From: a virus
Reading direction: 5' to 3' (one strand)
Virus record (IMG/VR): IMGVR_UViG_3300046786_000748
Location: 32,001 to 96,000 of that record
Length of the DNA: 64,000 nucleotides
The position numbers and the translations under genes were made by a program. Under the pieces are notes generated by a model. The model searched no databases, was not told the origin of the DNA, and was given only the letters and a program-made list of their open reading frames with translations. Numbering within the stretch: the first letter of the stretch is position 1; every line of letters begins with the position of its first letter. Positions 1 to 9,017 of this stretch are shown here, piece after piece.

Positions 1-177
1 AAAAGAAAATGTTCTAGATATAAACATTATTTGTTTATATCACCATCCAACGAAATAGTTAATATACAAAATTTAAAAGAGTTTTGCATTGTTAATGGAT
101 TAAATCAAACGTGTATGTATGATATTCATTCTGAAAAAAAATATAGACATACTCATAAAAGATGGAGAAAAGCTTGA
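1..177 (+). CDS. 3' end of a probable homing endonuclease (C-terminal DNA-binding domain), truncated by window edge
   Basis: Frame +1 is open from base 1 to TGA at 175-177 and reads ...LFISPSNEIVNIQNLKEFCIVNGLNQTCMYDIHSEKKYRHTHKRWRKA*. The SP-x-E..NL-x-x-FC-x4-L...HKxW pattern is typical of phage HNH/GIY-YIG endonuclease C-termini. Not in the ORF track. Confidence 0.55.
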   Translation, partial: KRKCSRYKHYLFISPSNEIVNIQNLKEFCIVNGLNQTCMYDIHSEKKYRHTHKRWRKA

Positions 178-1208
178 ACTTTCCATTACGTAATCTCACC
201 GAGCAGTACATAAGTTCATCTTATCAAGATGTTCTTCAGCAATACTTTCCATCTGATACTTTTTATGTATTGGATGGTTATGGAAACGTAGTATTTACTT
301 TACCATCGGCATCTGTAGGACAAATGTTGATTACGTCAAATTTGACGGCATCAATGACGGTTGCTTCATCATCCTATACTGTAACGCAATCCTACACAAA
401 CGTTTTAATTCAATCGTCTTCGTTTGCTTCCTCATCGGTTTCATCAAGTTATGCGTTAAATTCAACGTTTGCTGAGTCAGCTCTGTATTCTGAATTTTCA
501 GGAACTTCTTCTTTAGCAGCAGATGCTATTTCAGCATCTTACGCATTATCTGCTTCATACGCACCGTTTGTTCAGGTTTACCAAACGAACACAGTATCAT
601 CTAGTTGGGCTAGTAGTTCTTTAAGTTCAAGTTATTCTAATTTAGCATTAACCGCAAGCTATGTTTTAAACGCAGGTCAGTCAGGAGGAACGACTTTAAT
701 TACAAGTTCTTTTTATCCAATAACCAGTAGTTGGTCTGAATCATCATCTTGGGCTCCTGGAAGCGAAACATCTATTTCTTCTAGTTATGCTTTAACTGCA
801 AGTTATGCTTTAAACGCAGGTCAATCTAGCGGAGGGATAACTTTAATAACAGGAAGTTTTTATCCAATTAGTTCAAGTTGGTCTATTTCATCAAGTTGGT
901 CTCCTGGAAGCGGAACGTCTCAAACTTCGTCATATTCATTATTTGCTTTAACTGCTTCTTATGTAAACGTAATTCCAAGCGGTTCAACGGAATCTGCTAG
1001 TTATGCTTTAACTGCTTCTTACGCATCAAATATTGGAGGAATTTCTATACCGACATACGATTATTCAAATATTATTTATAGCGGTCCAAACAGTCAAATA
1101 GGAACGTGTACGTATAGATTGGGTGGAATATCAGGAAGTATTGTAGCAGAAATAACCGCAATTTATAACGGAAACCTATTTATAGGAGTGAGCAAAAGTT
1201 TAGGATAA
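162..1208 (+). CDS. Ser-rich repeat virion (fibre-like) protein
   Basis: 348 aa with SSSYALTASY / SSSWA repeats shared with the 850-aa protein and the right-edge fibre; start overlaps the upstream ORF by 16 nt. Confidence 0.65.
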   Translation: MEKSLNFPLRNLTEQYISSSYQDVLQQYFPSDTFYVLDGYGNVVFTLPSASVGQMLITSNLTASMTVASSSYTVTQSYTNVLIQSSSFASSSVSSSYALNSTFAESALYSEFSGTSSLAADAISASYALSASYAPFVQVYQTNTVSSSWASSSLSSSYSNLALTASYVLNAGQSGGTTLITSSFYPITSSWSESSSWAPGSETSISSSYALTASYALNAGQSSGGITLITGSFYPISSSWSISSSWSPGSGTSQTSSYSLFALTASYVNVIPSGSTESASYALTASYASNIGGISIPTYDYSNIIYSGPNSQIGTCTYRLGGISGSIVAEITAIYNGNLFIGVSKSLG

Positions 1209-1212
1209 TTTT

Positions 1213-4200
1213 ATGGCAAGACTAAGTGTTTTAACCGATATAAATGTAGACACTTTAACGTGGAACAACTTTGATGGGCTCTGGATAAGAAACGGAGCCA
1301 CTCTCACCGTTAGCACCCCACAAGTTAAATGTTGGGCCAACGTTCTTATTGATAATGGTACATTAAATATAGTTAATACATCTAGTACAGTACCCATTAG
1401 ATTTTTGATGGGTAGAAATACAGCAACGCCGTGTATTATTTCCGGATCATCAGGATTGGGAATTATCAATATTACTGGAAGTTGGATTTATTTGAACGGC
1501 AGTGGAAGCGGACAACCATATCAAGTATTTTCACAACCATATACCGATTTTGTTCCTGCTGTTTGGGTTGAAGAAAGTGCTGGTTCAAACACATATAAAC
1601 CTTGGTTAAATTTAACCAGTCAAGTCGGAGAAACACTACAATATTTCAAAAAAGATTTGGAATTTGCTTATACAGGTAGTATGGGCAATTTCTTCTACCA
1701 AGAAACTGTAAAAGAACCGTATCCCTGGTCATTTACAGGCAGTCTTTCTTCCAGTTTATCTTCGTCAATTCGAAGCGGAGTATCATTGCTTTATTCATCC
1801 TCAATTTATTTCGGCAACAATATTAACGGCAATGTCGTTCCATCTGGGTCTAGAATTCGTCTACCAAACATAATGGTGACGGATGTAACTCCGTTAAACT
1901 TGTTATCAGCAACATCTGTTAACTCTGCTAACTTTCAAGGTACTGTCGGTTGTGTATTCAACTTCGACACCGTTTTATTTGATGAATCTTTAGGCACGTT
2001 TAACCAACCGCAATCTCTTACTATGAGAAATTGTGCTTGGTCCGAATATCCAACCATCACTGAATGTTATTCAGTAACTATTGATAATGTCGTTCTAACA
2101 TCACACCCGCCGCGACGATATTATCCTTCTACTAACGCCGGTTGGTCTACCAGAGATTTAAGATGGGGAACTCAAATGGCGTGGAACTATATTAGCAACG
2201 CTAATATAAATGGTCTTTATATCTGTAACCACAGTCCTACTGCGTTGTTCAGTAACCAAAATACAGCAACAGCAGCAACCACTGCAAATACACCCCTTTA
2301 TCTTTCATTCTGTAACAATCTTACTGTAAATAATTTACAAATTTATCGACCGTTTAAATCAAAAAACTTTCAATATGGTCTAATATTGTATTATGTAAAC
2401 AACAGTACGTTTAATAATATAGGATTGTACGGTGGAGATTATTTTAACATTTACAATTCAGGAAATAATACTTTTACTAACATTACGGCCTCTGCTAATT
2501 TTTCTCCAGATACAACGGGGTTTACAACAGCGTGGAGAATCGGTTCTGACCCTGGAACAGGCAATCCGCTTGTTTTAGGTCAAAAATATTACATCAAAAC
2601 AATAGCTTACCGTTCTTGGCAAGATCCAACAGGGTCATTTCCTTTAAATAATTATTTTTTCAATCAAACCGGATCAGAATTTGTAGAAAGTATGCAGTAT
2701 TCTTTTACTCCATACACAGCAAGCAAACAAAGCAGTTCATACAAAAATCATGTTGATTATCTAAGCGTTGTTCCTCAATATGGGTTGAATGTAAATAACT
2801 TTTCAACTCCATCTGCATCTTTTACTTGGGTTCAAAGAGCTCCATTTTTCAACTATGAAATTTATAGAGGAACTACTCCGGAATTTACTGCAAGAAACGG
2901 TTCAACTTTGGTTTATAGTTCATCTACTGCCGCAACCGTAACTTATATAGATACTGGATCTGTATCAAAACCTTTAAATGTGGGTTCGAAATATTACTAC
3001 GTTTTTAGAAAATACGACCAAGCAGGCGTTTGGAGTGATTCTGCAGAACAAGAAGTTTGGTTTCAATCGTTACCAAGTGGTTCAAATTTATTAAGACAAT
3101 CTCAATTATTTAACTTAGCAGAATGGGTTAAAACAGACGTAAGCGCAACCGCTGATCAAAAGTTGTCACCAAATGACGTTCCTATTGCAACATCGGCCAC
3201 ACTAACTGGAGATTTATTAGTCTTTACAAGTGCGGCAGGAAGTGTAGTCCAGACCGCTTCTGTTATAGTAAACAATCCATATTGTTTTTCAATTTATTTA
3301 TCATCACTGACATCCAGTGTATCAATGTCCATTTCCGCATCATCTGGCGGTGGTGGTATGAACATTTCTTCGTCTTATGTAATTGGTCAGACTTGGACGA
3401 AATGTACATTGCCGTTTACACCAACATCTACAACCGCTTCTGTAGGAATATTTGCTAGACCAACTTTTACAGCAGGAACAAAAATATATGCTTTTGGATC
3501 GCAAATAAACACCGGATCTCAAGTTACTCCGTATATAACATCAGTAACTCCGGTTCATCAAAGACCTATGTCAGTAGAACCTACTTCATTAAGATGGTGG
3601 TCTAGAGGATCGAATGGTTCTGGACTTGAAGTAACGTTTGGGGCTGCTCCAGCTGGAACATTATGGTGGGAACTTCATGTAGCAACATCATCTAATTTCA
3701 TACCAACACAAAATACTAGAGCGGCATCATCTATAGCAAGTGGTATTGGGGGGCCATTTTACTTATCTAACGCAAACACAAACACTTTTAATACATTCAA
3801 CCAAATAACTCCATCTGGCTATGGAAACTATTTTATGACTATGGCCAATTCAACATCTAATAATAGATTTTTGAATTTTAACTTAAATTATGCTTATGCT
3901 GGATATCCGTTATTAGTAATTAACACATTAGCAAATGATAATTTCTTGCATAACTGGACTGTAAAAAATTACAGAAACTACGTGTCTAGCATATACTGGA
4001 TAACTGCTGTTAACAACGCTCAAGGATTAACAATACAAAATCTTTATTCCAATAACTCTGATATTCCACTGTATAATTTAAACCTCAATGTTGCGTCAAA
4101 AAATGTATCGGCAGCAAATGGTAGACCAACTACAGCTGCGGTAACATACTTGTTATCAGGAGGAGGAACAGACCAAAATTCTATAGTTTACGGACAGGTA

Positions 4201-5301
4201 TATGATACTATTTTTAATGAATTTGTTTGGAACCCCCCTTCAGGATCAATGACGTTGAATTTTAACGCAAGTTCAAAAACACCGTTGCCTTATGTTATAA
4301 CAGGAAGCATTTTCTTTTCTAATACAGGAAGATTATATTTTAATTCCACCGGAAGTATCGAATATGAATGGCCGTGGAAAATATATGGAATTTCCGGATT
4401 TAGACCTGATCACACATTAGATGCTGGTTCCGCATCAATTGAAATTGTTGGAAATTCATGGCTACCATCAATTGTAGCAAACTCTAGAGATTTAAGTATC
4501 CCAGCAAATGCCGGATATCTAATGGCACCTTGTTTAAAGAAAGAATTTGCGTTTAAAACAGGATCATCTTATGGAGGTTGGATTGAATTGTCAGGATCAC
4601 TATCCGGTTCCAACCCAACGTGGACAGCATTATCTTTTGACCCATCTGTAGGGTTTAATATGAAAGTCAAACTGACTGCTAGACCTTCTTTAAACTTTGA
4701 TGGTCAAGGAACAACACCAACGTCTAGTTTTGTAGTTGGTGAGTATGTTACCGGATCTTTATCAGGTGCAAAAGCTAAAATAATAGATCAGTATCAAATT
4801 GTAGATATATCAACAGATGGCACTTTAGTTTTAGATGATATAACAGGAGTTTTTAGAGATAACGAAATTCTTTTGGGAGCTAATAATAGAAACAAAGGAC
4901 TTGCAAACGGAACGGGGTCAGTAAACTTTATTCCTGCAAACATATTAATGCCACAACCGACATCTTATATTGATCAACTACAATGGTTTACAATAGTAAA
5001 CACATCATCTTTATATCCAGTTTCATCACCAACATTAACCATAACAGGAATGAAATCTGGATCAACAATTGATGTAATAAGACAATCGGATTCATATATT
5101 TTAGATCAAGGCGATATTAGTGTTGATGATGAAGATTACACGTTTACATATGATTATTTCCAAGATACTCCTGTATATTTGGTTATTCAAAACTTAGGAT
5201 ATGTTTATCAAAGGTTAGAAGCCACGCTTACAGAAGACAATTTATCAATTCCAGTTGAACAAACGATAGACAGAAACTATAAAAACCTTCCTGGATCATA
5301 A
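1213..5301 (+). CDS. Large virion fibre/adhesin (beta-helix-like Asn-rich segments, FN3-like and carbohydrate-binding-like domains)
   Basis: 1362 aa. Has NNxTFNNI-type repeats, YEIYRG...TYID...KYYYV (FN3-like), and NLLRQSQLFNLAEW...YCFSIYL...IYAFGSQ (head-spike/CBM-like). Confidence 0.6.
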   Translation: MARLSVLTDINVDTLTWNNFDGLWIRNGATLTVSTPQVKCWANVLIDNGTLNIVNTSSTVPIRFLMGRNTATPCIISGSSGLGIINITGSWIYLNGSGSGQPYQVFSQPYTDFVPAVWVEESAGSNTYKPWLNLTSQVGETLQYFKKDLEFAYTGSMGNFFYQETVKEPYPWSFTGSLSSSLSSSIRSGVSLLYSSSIYFGNNINGNVVPSGSRIRLPNIMVTDVTPLNLLSATSVNSANFQGTVGCVFNFDTVLFDESLGTFNQPQSLTMRNCAWSEYPTITECYSVTIDNVVLTSHPPRRYYPSTNAGWSTRDLRWGTQMAWNYISNANINGLYICNHSPTALFSNQNTATAATTANTPLYLSFCNNLTVNNLQIYRPFKSKNFQYGLILYYVNNSTFNNIGLYGGDYFNIYNSGNNTFTNITASANFSPDTTGFTTAWRIGSDPGTGNPLVLGQKYYIKTIAYRSWQDPTGSFPLNNYFFNQTGSEFVESMQYSFTPYTASKQSSSYKNHVDYLSVVPQYGLNVNNFSTPSASFTWVQRAPFFNYEIYRGTTPEFTARNGSTLVYSSSTAATVTYIDTGSVSKPLNVGSKYYYVFRKYDQAGVWSDSAEQEVWFQSLPSGSNLLRQSQLFNLAEWVKTDVSATADQKLSPNDVPIATSATLTGDLLVFTSAAGSVVQTASVIVNNPYCFSIYLSSLTSSVSMSISASSGGGGMNISSSYVIGQTWTKCTLPFTPTSTTASVGIFARPTFTAGTKIYAFGSQINTGSQVTPYITSVTPVHQRPMSVEPTSLRWWSRGSNGSGLEVTFGAAPAGTLWWELHVATSSNFIPTQNTRAASSIASGIGGPFYLSNANTNTFNTFNQITPSGYGNYFMTMANSTSNNRFLNFNLNYAYAGYPLLVINTLANDNFLHNWTVKNYRNYVSSIYWITAVNNAQGLTIQNLYSNNSDIPLYNLNLNVASKNVSAANGRPTTAAVTYLLSGGGTDQNSIVYGQVYDTIFNEFVWNPPSGSMTLNFNASSKTPLPYVITGSIFFSNTGRLYFNSTGSIEYEWPWKIYGISGFRPDHTLDAGSASIEIVGNSWLPSIVANSRDLSIPANAGYLMAPCLKKEFAFKTGSSYGGWIELSGSLSGSNPTWTALSFDPSVGFNMKVKLTARPSLNFDGQGTTPTSSFVVGEYVTGSLSGAKAKIIDQYQIVDISTDGTLVLDDITGVFRDNEILLGANNRNKGLANGTGSVNFIPANILMPQPTSYIDQLQWFTIVNTSSLYPVSSPTLTITGMKSGSTIDVIRQSDSYILDQGDISVDDEDYTFTYDYFQDTPVYLVIQNLGYVYQRLEATLTEDNLSIPVEQTIDRNYKNLPGS

Positions 5302-5324
5302 TAAGATTGGTGATTTGGTAGGTA

Positions 5325-5332
5325 TATTTATA
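5325..5332 (+). promoter_or_regulatory. TATTTATA putative late promoter motif
   Basis: Exact motif 26 nt upstream of ATG 5359, with AGGA between them; recurs upstream of many structural genes. Confidence 0.55.
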
Positions 5333-5358
5333 TTTATTTACATTAACAGGAACATAAT

Positions 5359-6741
5359 ATGGCAAAGATTACAGACCCAGATCTATTAGTAAAAAATACG
5401 GAGATAACGTTTCTTTCAGGAAGTAAAAGAATTGCTTTGAATATCGCAGGAAATCTTTCTTATGATGGTGCAACGATGCAAGCGGTATATTCTAAATGTA
5501 AGGAACTCTGGAAAACCGATGAATCTCTTGTCAGATACCCATTTCCACTTATTTCCATTACCGAAAAGAAATTCGATTTCATTGACGGTTGGGATTTCAC
5601 CGGTTCAGTTCCATCGAGACCTAATCTGACAAGAGAACTCATTCGTGATGCTGGTTGGTCTGTTCAAAATCCGGCAAATAGTTCAACAGAAGAATGGATG
5701 GGATTTGTATCTTTAGGTACTATTGGTGATACTGATCAAGTTTATATTCAACAAAGTTCTTCGGGAGCACCTTCTAACGTAGTGTTTACGGGGTCTGTCA
5801 ATGAACCTGTTTTGATTTATGCTTCTGCTTCTTTAAATGGATTTGCTGATAGAAATTATAGAGATTATTTCAAACCATTTATTCGTATTCAAGGTAAAAC
5901 ATATGATGCTTCCAACCTTTCTGCAATCGGTGAATCTACTGTAACATATCAAGTTTATTCTTTCCCGCTTGGTAATGCTTCTGATACTAAAATTGAAGCA
6001 ACCGATGCTGAAATTACAAGTTCGTCTCCTTATACGAGCATGTCGATTTATTATTACACCGGGTCTCTTTATAAGCAAGTTGGAGCGTTGTCATATCCAT
6101 TTGATATTATAGTTGATGGGAATAATGGTAGCAAACAAGAAATCTATGAATTTTGTCAATACAAACTCAGACAAAATGCTAATATAAATTCTGGTTCTGG
6201 TGCATCATCAGGAGTGTTTTTAGGAGATGTAACAGGCAAAACCGCTGACCAACTCTGTTCATTCGTTGGAGATACTCTTTATACTGCTGAAGGCGTTTTT
6301 ATAGAAAACATTCAAAATACAGATATTAACTTCTACGTTTTTAGAGACACAGGAAGTTTTCAACATTCTTATCCATACGTCGCTGCTGGAACGATAACTT
6401 TCAACTCGTATTTGAAATCCGATCCTTCTTCTTCTTATAAAATGTTTTTTACATCTACACCATCAAGTAGTTTTGGTTCTGCTTCCGCTGTAATTGTTCA
6501 AGATAATAATGAAAATCCAATCACTGGTTCAGCATACGGTTTAGATTCGGTATCATTTACGTTTGATTACGATGGAAATGTTCAAGGTTCAAGAACTGCT
6601 CAAACAGATGCAGCAGTAACTATCGTGGCAATCGGTTTGAATACAGGACAATACGTTTCTACAGTTGGTACAATCGCTAGAACTAATGCAAATGCATTTT
6701 CATTAGTTGCTGCTCTTGAACGTAATTATAGAAACGTATAA
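5359..6741 (+). CDS. Putative virion structural protein
   Basis: 460 aa with an AGGA RBS; its N-terminal domain (VYSKCKELW..YPFP..FDFIDGW) resembles the 188-aa protein at 8427. Confidence 0.6.
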   Translation: MAKITDPDLLVKNTEITFLSGSKRIALNIAGNLSYDGATMQAVYSKCKELWKTDESLVRYPFPLISITEKKFDFIDGWDFTGSVPSRPNLTRELIRDAGWSVQNPANSSTEEWMGFVSLGTIGDTDQVYIQQSSSGAPSNVVFTGSVNEPVLIYASASLNGFADRNYRDYFKPFIRIQGKTYDASNLSAIGESTVTYQVYSFPLGNASDTKIEATDAEITSSSPYTSMSIYYYTGSLYKQVGALSYPFDIIVDGNNGSKQEIYEFCQYKLRQNANINSGSGASSGVFLGDVTGKTADQLCSFVGDTLYTAEGVFIENIQNTDINFYVFRDTGSFQHSYPYVAAGTITFNSYLKSDPSSSYKMFFTSTPSSSFGSASAVIVQDNNENPITGSAYGLDSVSFTFDYDGNVQGSRTAQTDAAVTIVAIGLNTGQYVSTVGTIARTNANAFSLVAALERNYRNV

Positions 6742-6782
6742 GGTAATTGGTAAAATAGTTATAAACATAGGAAAAATAAATT

Positions 6783-8420
6783 ATGGCATTTAACGGATAT
6801 GTTCAAGTTCCACCGGATGGTACCGGAAAAAAAGTAGGCCATGTAATCTTAATAGAATTAGATTACACCGGAGGTACCTTAGATTTTGTATTGGGAGATA
6901 AAGTTGTAGGACAAACATCTGGTGCAGAAGGATATGTTGTTAAAATTGTTGGAACTACTGCTTCCGGAGAACTTTACCTTTCATTAGATTATGAATCTGT
7001 AATCGCATTTACTGTTGGAGAAAATCTTCAAGTAGATTCCGTAACATATGCTCAATCTGATTCAGTAGGTTCTACACTTTATACACCACAAGTGTCTATT
7101 GTTGACCACGAAAATCCGTTTAATGGTGTAAATGTAACAACCGATGGAGAACTTGTAGTTTCTACTGCTGAAGGTCCATTTGGGTTTGATTCTTTTGGAA
7201 ATCTTTCTGTATCACAAGAATCTTATCTAGGTTTGTATAACTATGAATATGGAATTAACATTTATGAACTAAACGCACAAACAAGTTCTCTTGGAATAGG
7301 TGAAACAATTCTCGCTCCTACTACTGTTAATAATCTTGCTTGGTCTGGAGTACAAATGACTAATCCAGCTACAAGCGGTTCTGTGACAAGACTGGAATCT
7401 AATTTATATCACCCGTACAATGCCGGAACAGGACAAAAATGGATAGGATCGATTAATTTTGGAGATACTGGAACAGCAGGAGTAGTAAGACGATGGGGAT
7501 ATTTTGATAACGAAGATGGTTTATTTTTTGAATTAAGTGGTTCAACAATATTGGCAGTAGTTCGTTCATCCGTTCCAAATGGCGTTGTCACCGAAACTAA
7601 AATTCCACAAACAGAATGGAATGTTGATAGATTAAATGGACAAGGTGGGGATAGAAACATAAGTAACATTGATTTAGATGTTTCTAAAGGAAGAGTATAT
7701 TTTATAGATTTTCAGTGGTTAGGCGTGGGCAGAACAAGATGGGGTATTATTGCAAATGGTAAACGAGTAGTTTGTCATCAAACCTATCATGGTGGGATGG
7801 TAGATTATCCATACATGAGATGTGGTACCCTTCCATCAAGAATTGAACAAATAAATTATCTCACCGCCGGCGGACCAACAGTCATGAGAAATTATTCTAT
7901 GGCTGTAATAGCTGCTTCTCGTTTTGATCCACATACATCTCAAGTTCAGGGTCAAACTACAGATTTAACTAAAGTAGTAGATTGGACTGGTTCGTTTAGA
8001 CCATTGATGTCGGTTAAATCAAAACCATTGTTTAATGGAAGAGAAAATAGATCAATCGCTGTTCCAACAAATCTAAACATTTATAGTTCTCATTGTCCAT
8101 TAGTAGTTCAAATTCACAAATGGCCACTTTTAACTGGAGATACTTGGAACGTACCAACATCATCTACTAGCACGTTAATGGGCGATTATACAGCAACAAC
8201 AGCAAGTCAGGGGTCGATTGAAGGAACATTTTTAGTTCCATCAAATGATGTTTGGGAACACGAATTTCCGGAAGAGTGGGATGAGGCTTGGAAAATCTAT
8301 AGAGCAGAAAGTATCGCAAATGAACGATGTGCGTTTACATTAATGGGTAAACTTTTAAATACGACAACCGCTCCATCTTCCAGTGTAACTGTAACGTTAA
8401 ATTGGAAAGAAATCTATTAA
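6783..8420 (+). CDS. Putative virion protein with concanavalin/lectin-like beta-sandwich
   Basis: 545 aa; RWGYFDNEDGLFFE...YFIDFQWLGVGRTRWG is a recurring phage lectin-like signature; AGGA RBS. Confidence 0.55.
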   Translation: MAFNGYVQVPPDGTGKKVGHVILIELDYTGGTLDFVLGDKVVGQTSGAEGYVVKIVGTTASGELYLSLDYESVIAFTVGENLQVDSVTYAQSDSVGSTLYTPQVSIVDHENPFNGVNVTTDGELVVSTAEGPFGFDSFGNLSVSQESYLGLYNYEYGINIYELNAQTSSLGIGETILAPTTVNNLAWSGVQMTNPATSGSVTRLESNLYHPYNAGTGQKWIGSINFGDTGTAGVVRRWGYFDNEDGLFFELSGSTILAVVRSSVPNGVVTETKIPQTEWNVDRLNGQGGDRNISNIDLDVSKGRVYFIDFQWLGVGRTRWGIIANGKRVVCHQTYHGGMVDYPYMRCGTLPSRIEQINYLTAGGPTVMRNYSMAVIAASRFDPHTSQVQGQTTDLTKVVDWTGSFRPLMSVKSKPLFNGRENRSIAVPTNLNIYSSHCPLVVQIHKWPLLTGDTWNVPTSSTSTLMGDYTATTASQGSIEGTFLVPSNDVWEHEFPEEWDEAWKIYRAESIANERCAFTLMGKLLNTTTAPSSSVTVTLNWKEIY

Positions 8421-8426
8421 TGTTTC

Positions 8427-8993
8427 ATGTGGACTACATCTTTCTATAATTTTAGAGAATACTGGAATCTTCGTCACAAAGTAACATTTGATGGAGATAA
8501 CCGATTAATTATAATTAATTATGGAGAAACAGACGTTGATATAGGAATCGATGTTTATTCTGATTGGAAAGAATGGGCTTTAATCTATGATTATTCAAAG
8601 TATCCTGTAGCAATGTCAGCTATCGGTGGCGAACCTATTGGTGGAGGACAATACGTAGGTTCAACTTATTTCTTGGAAAATGGTTGGAGAATTAAACCGT
8701 GGGAAGGTAGTCACAACTTATCGGTTGTTGGTAATGTTTATACAAGAGAAGAAGGCGATTCGCCGTTTGTAAACACCGATGGGCTTTGGAAGATAAATAT
8801 CATTAATAAAGTATCTTCTATCGTAAGTACTGTTCAGGTATCTACAACAGATACAGGTTCAATCCCAACCGCTGAACAAATTGCAGCTGCTGTCTGGAAT
8901 AAGTTAATTCCAAACAATCCAGATACAGGATCTTATGGAGAACATGTTGCCGGAAGGTTACTAACTATTGCCCATTATTTAGGAATGAAATAA
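8427..8993 (+). CDS. Conserved phage virion-associated protein
   Basis: 188 aa; DVYSDWKEW...GGEPI...YFLENGWRI, with C-terminal AEQIAAAVW motif. Confidence 0.55.
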   Translation: MWTTSFYNFREYWNLRHKVTFDGDNRLIIINYGETDVDIGIDVYSDWKEWALIYDYSKYPVAMSAIGGEPIGGGQYVGSTYFLENGWRIKPWEGSHNLSVVGNVYTREEGDSPFVNTDGLWKINIINKVSSIVSTVQVSTTDTGSIPTAEQIAAAVWNKLIPNNPDTGSYGEHVAGRLLTIAHYLGMK

Positions 8994-9005
8994 GACAATT
9001 TTTCA

Positions 9006-9013
9006 TATTTATA
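9006..9013 (+). promoter_or_regulatory. TATTTATA putative late promoter motif
   Basis: Exact motif 4 nt before ATG 9018. Confidence 0.55.
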
Positions 9014-9017
9014 TCAT

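Noticed and set aside
1275-1340. Small GC-richer hairpins near the start of the 1362-aa gene
   Set aside because: Short and imperfect; compatible with chance in coding sequence.
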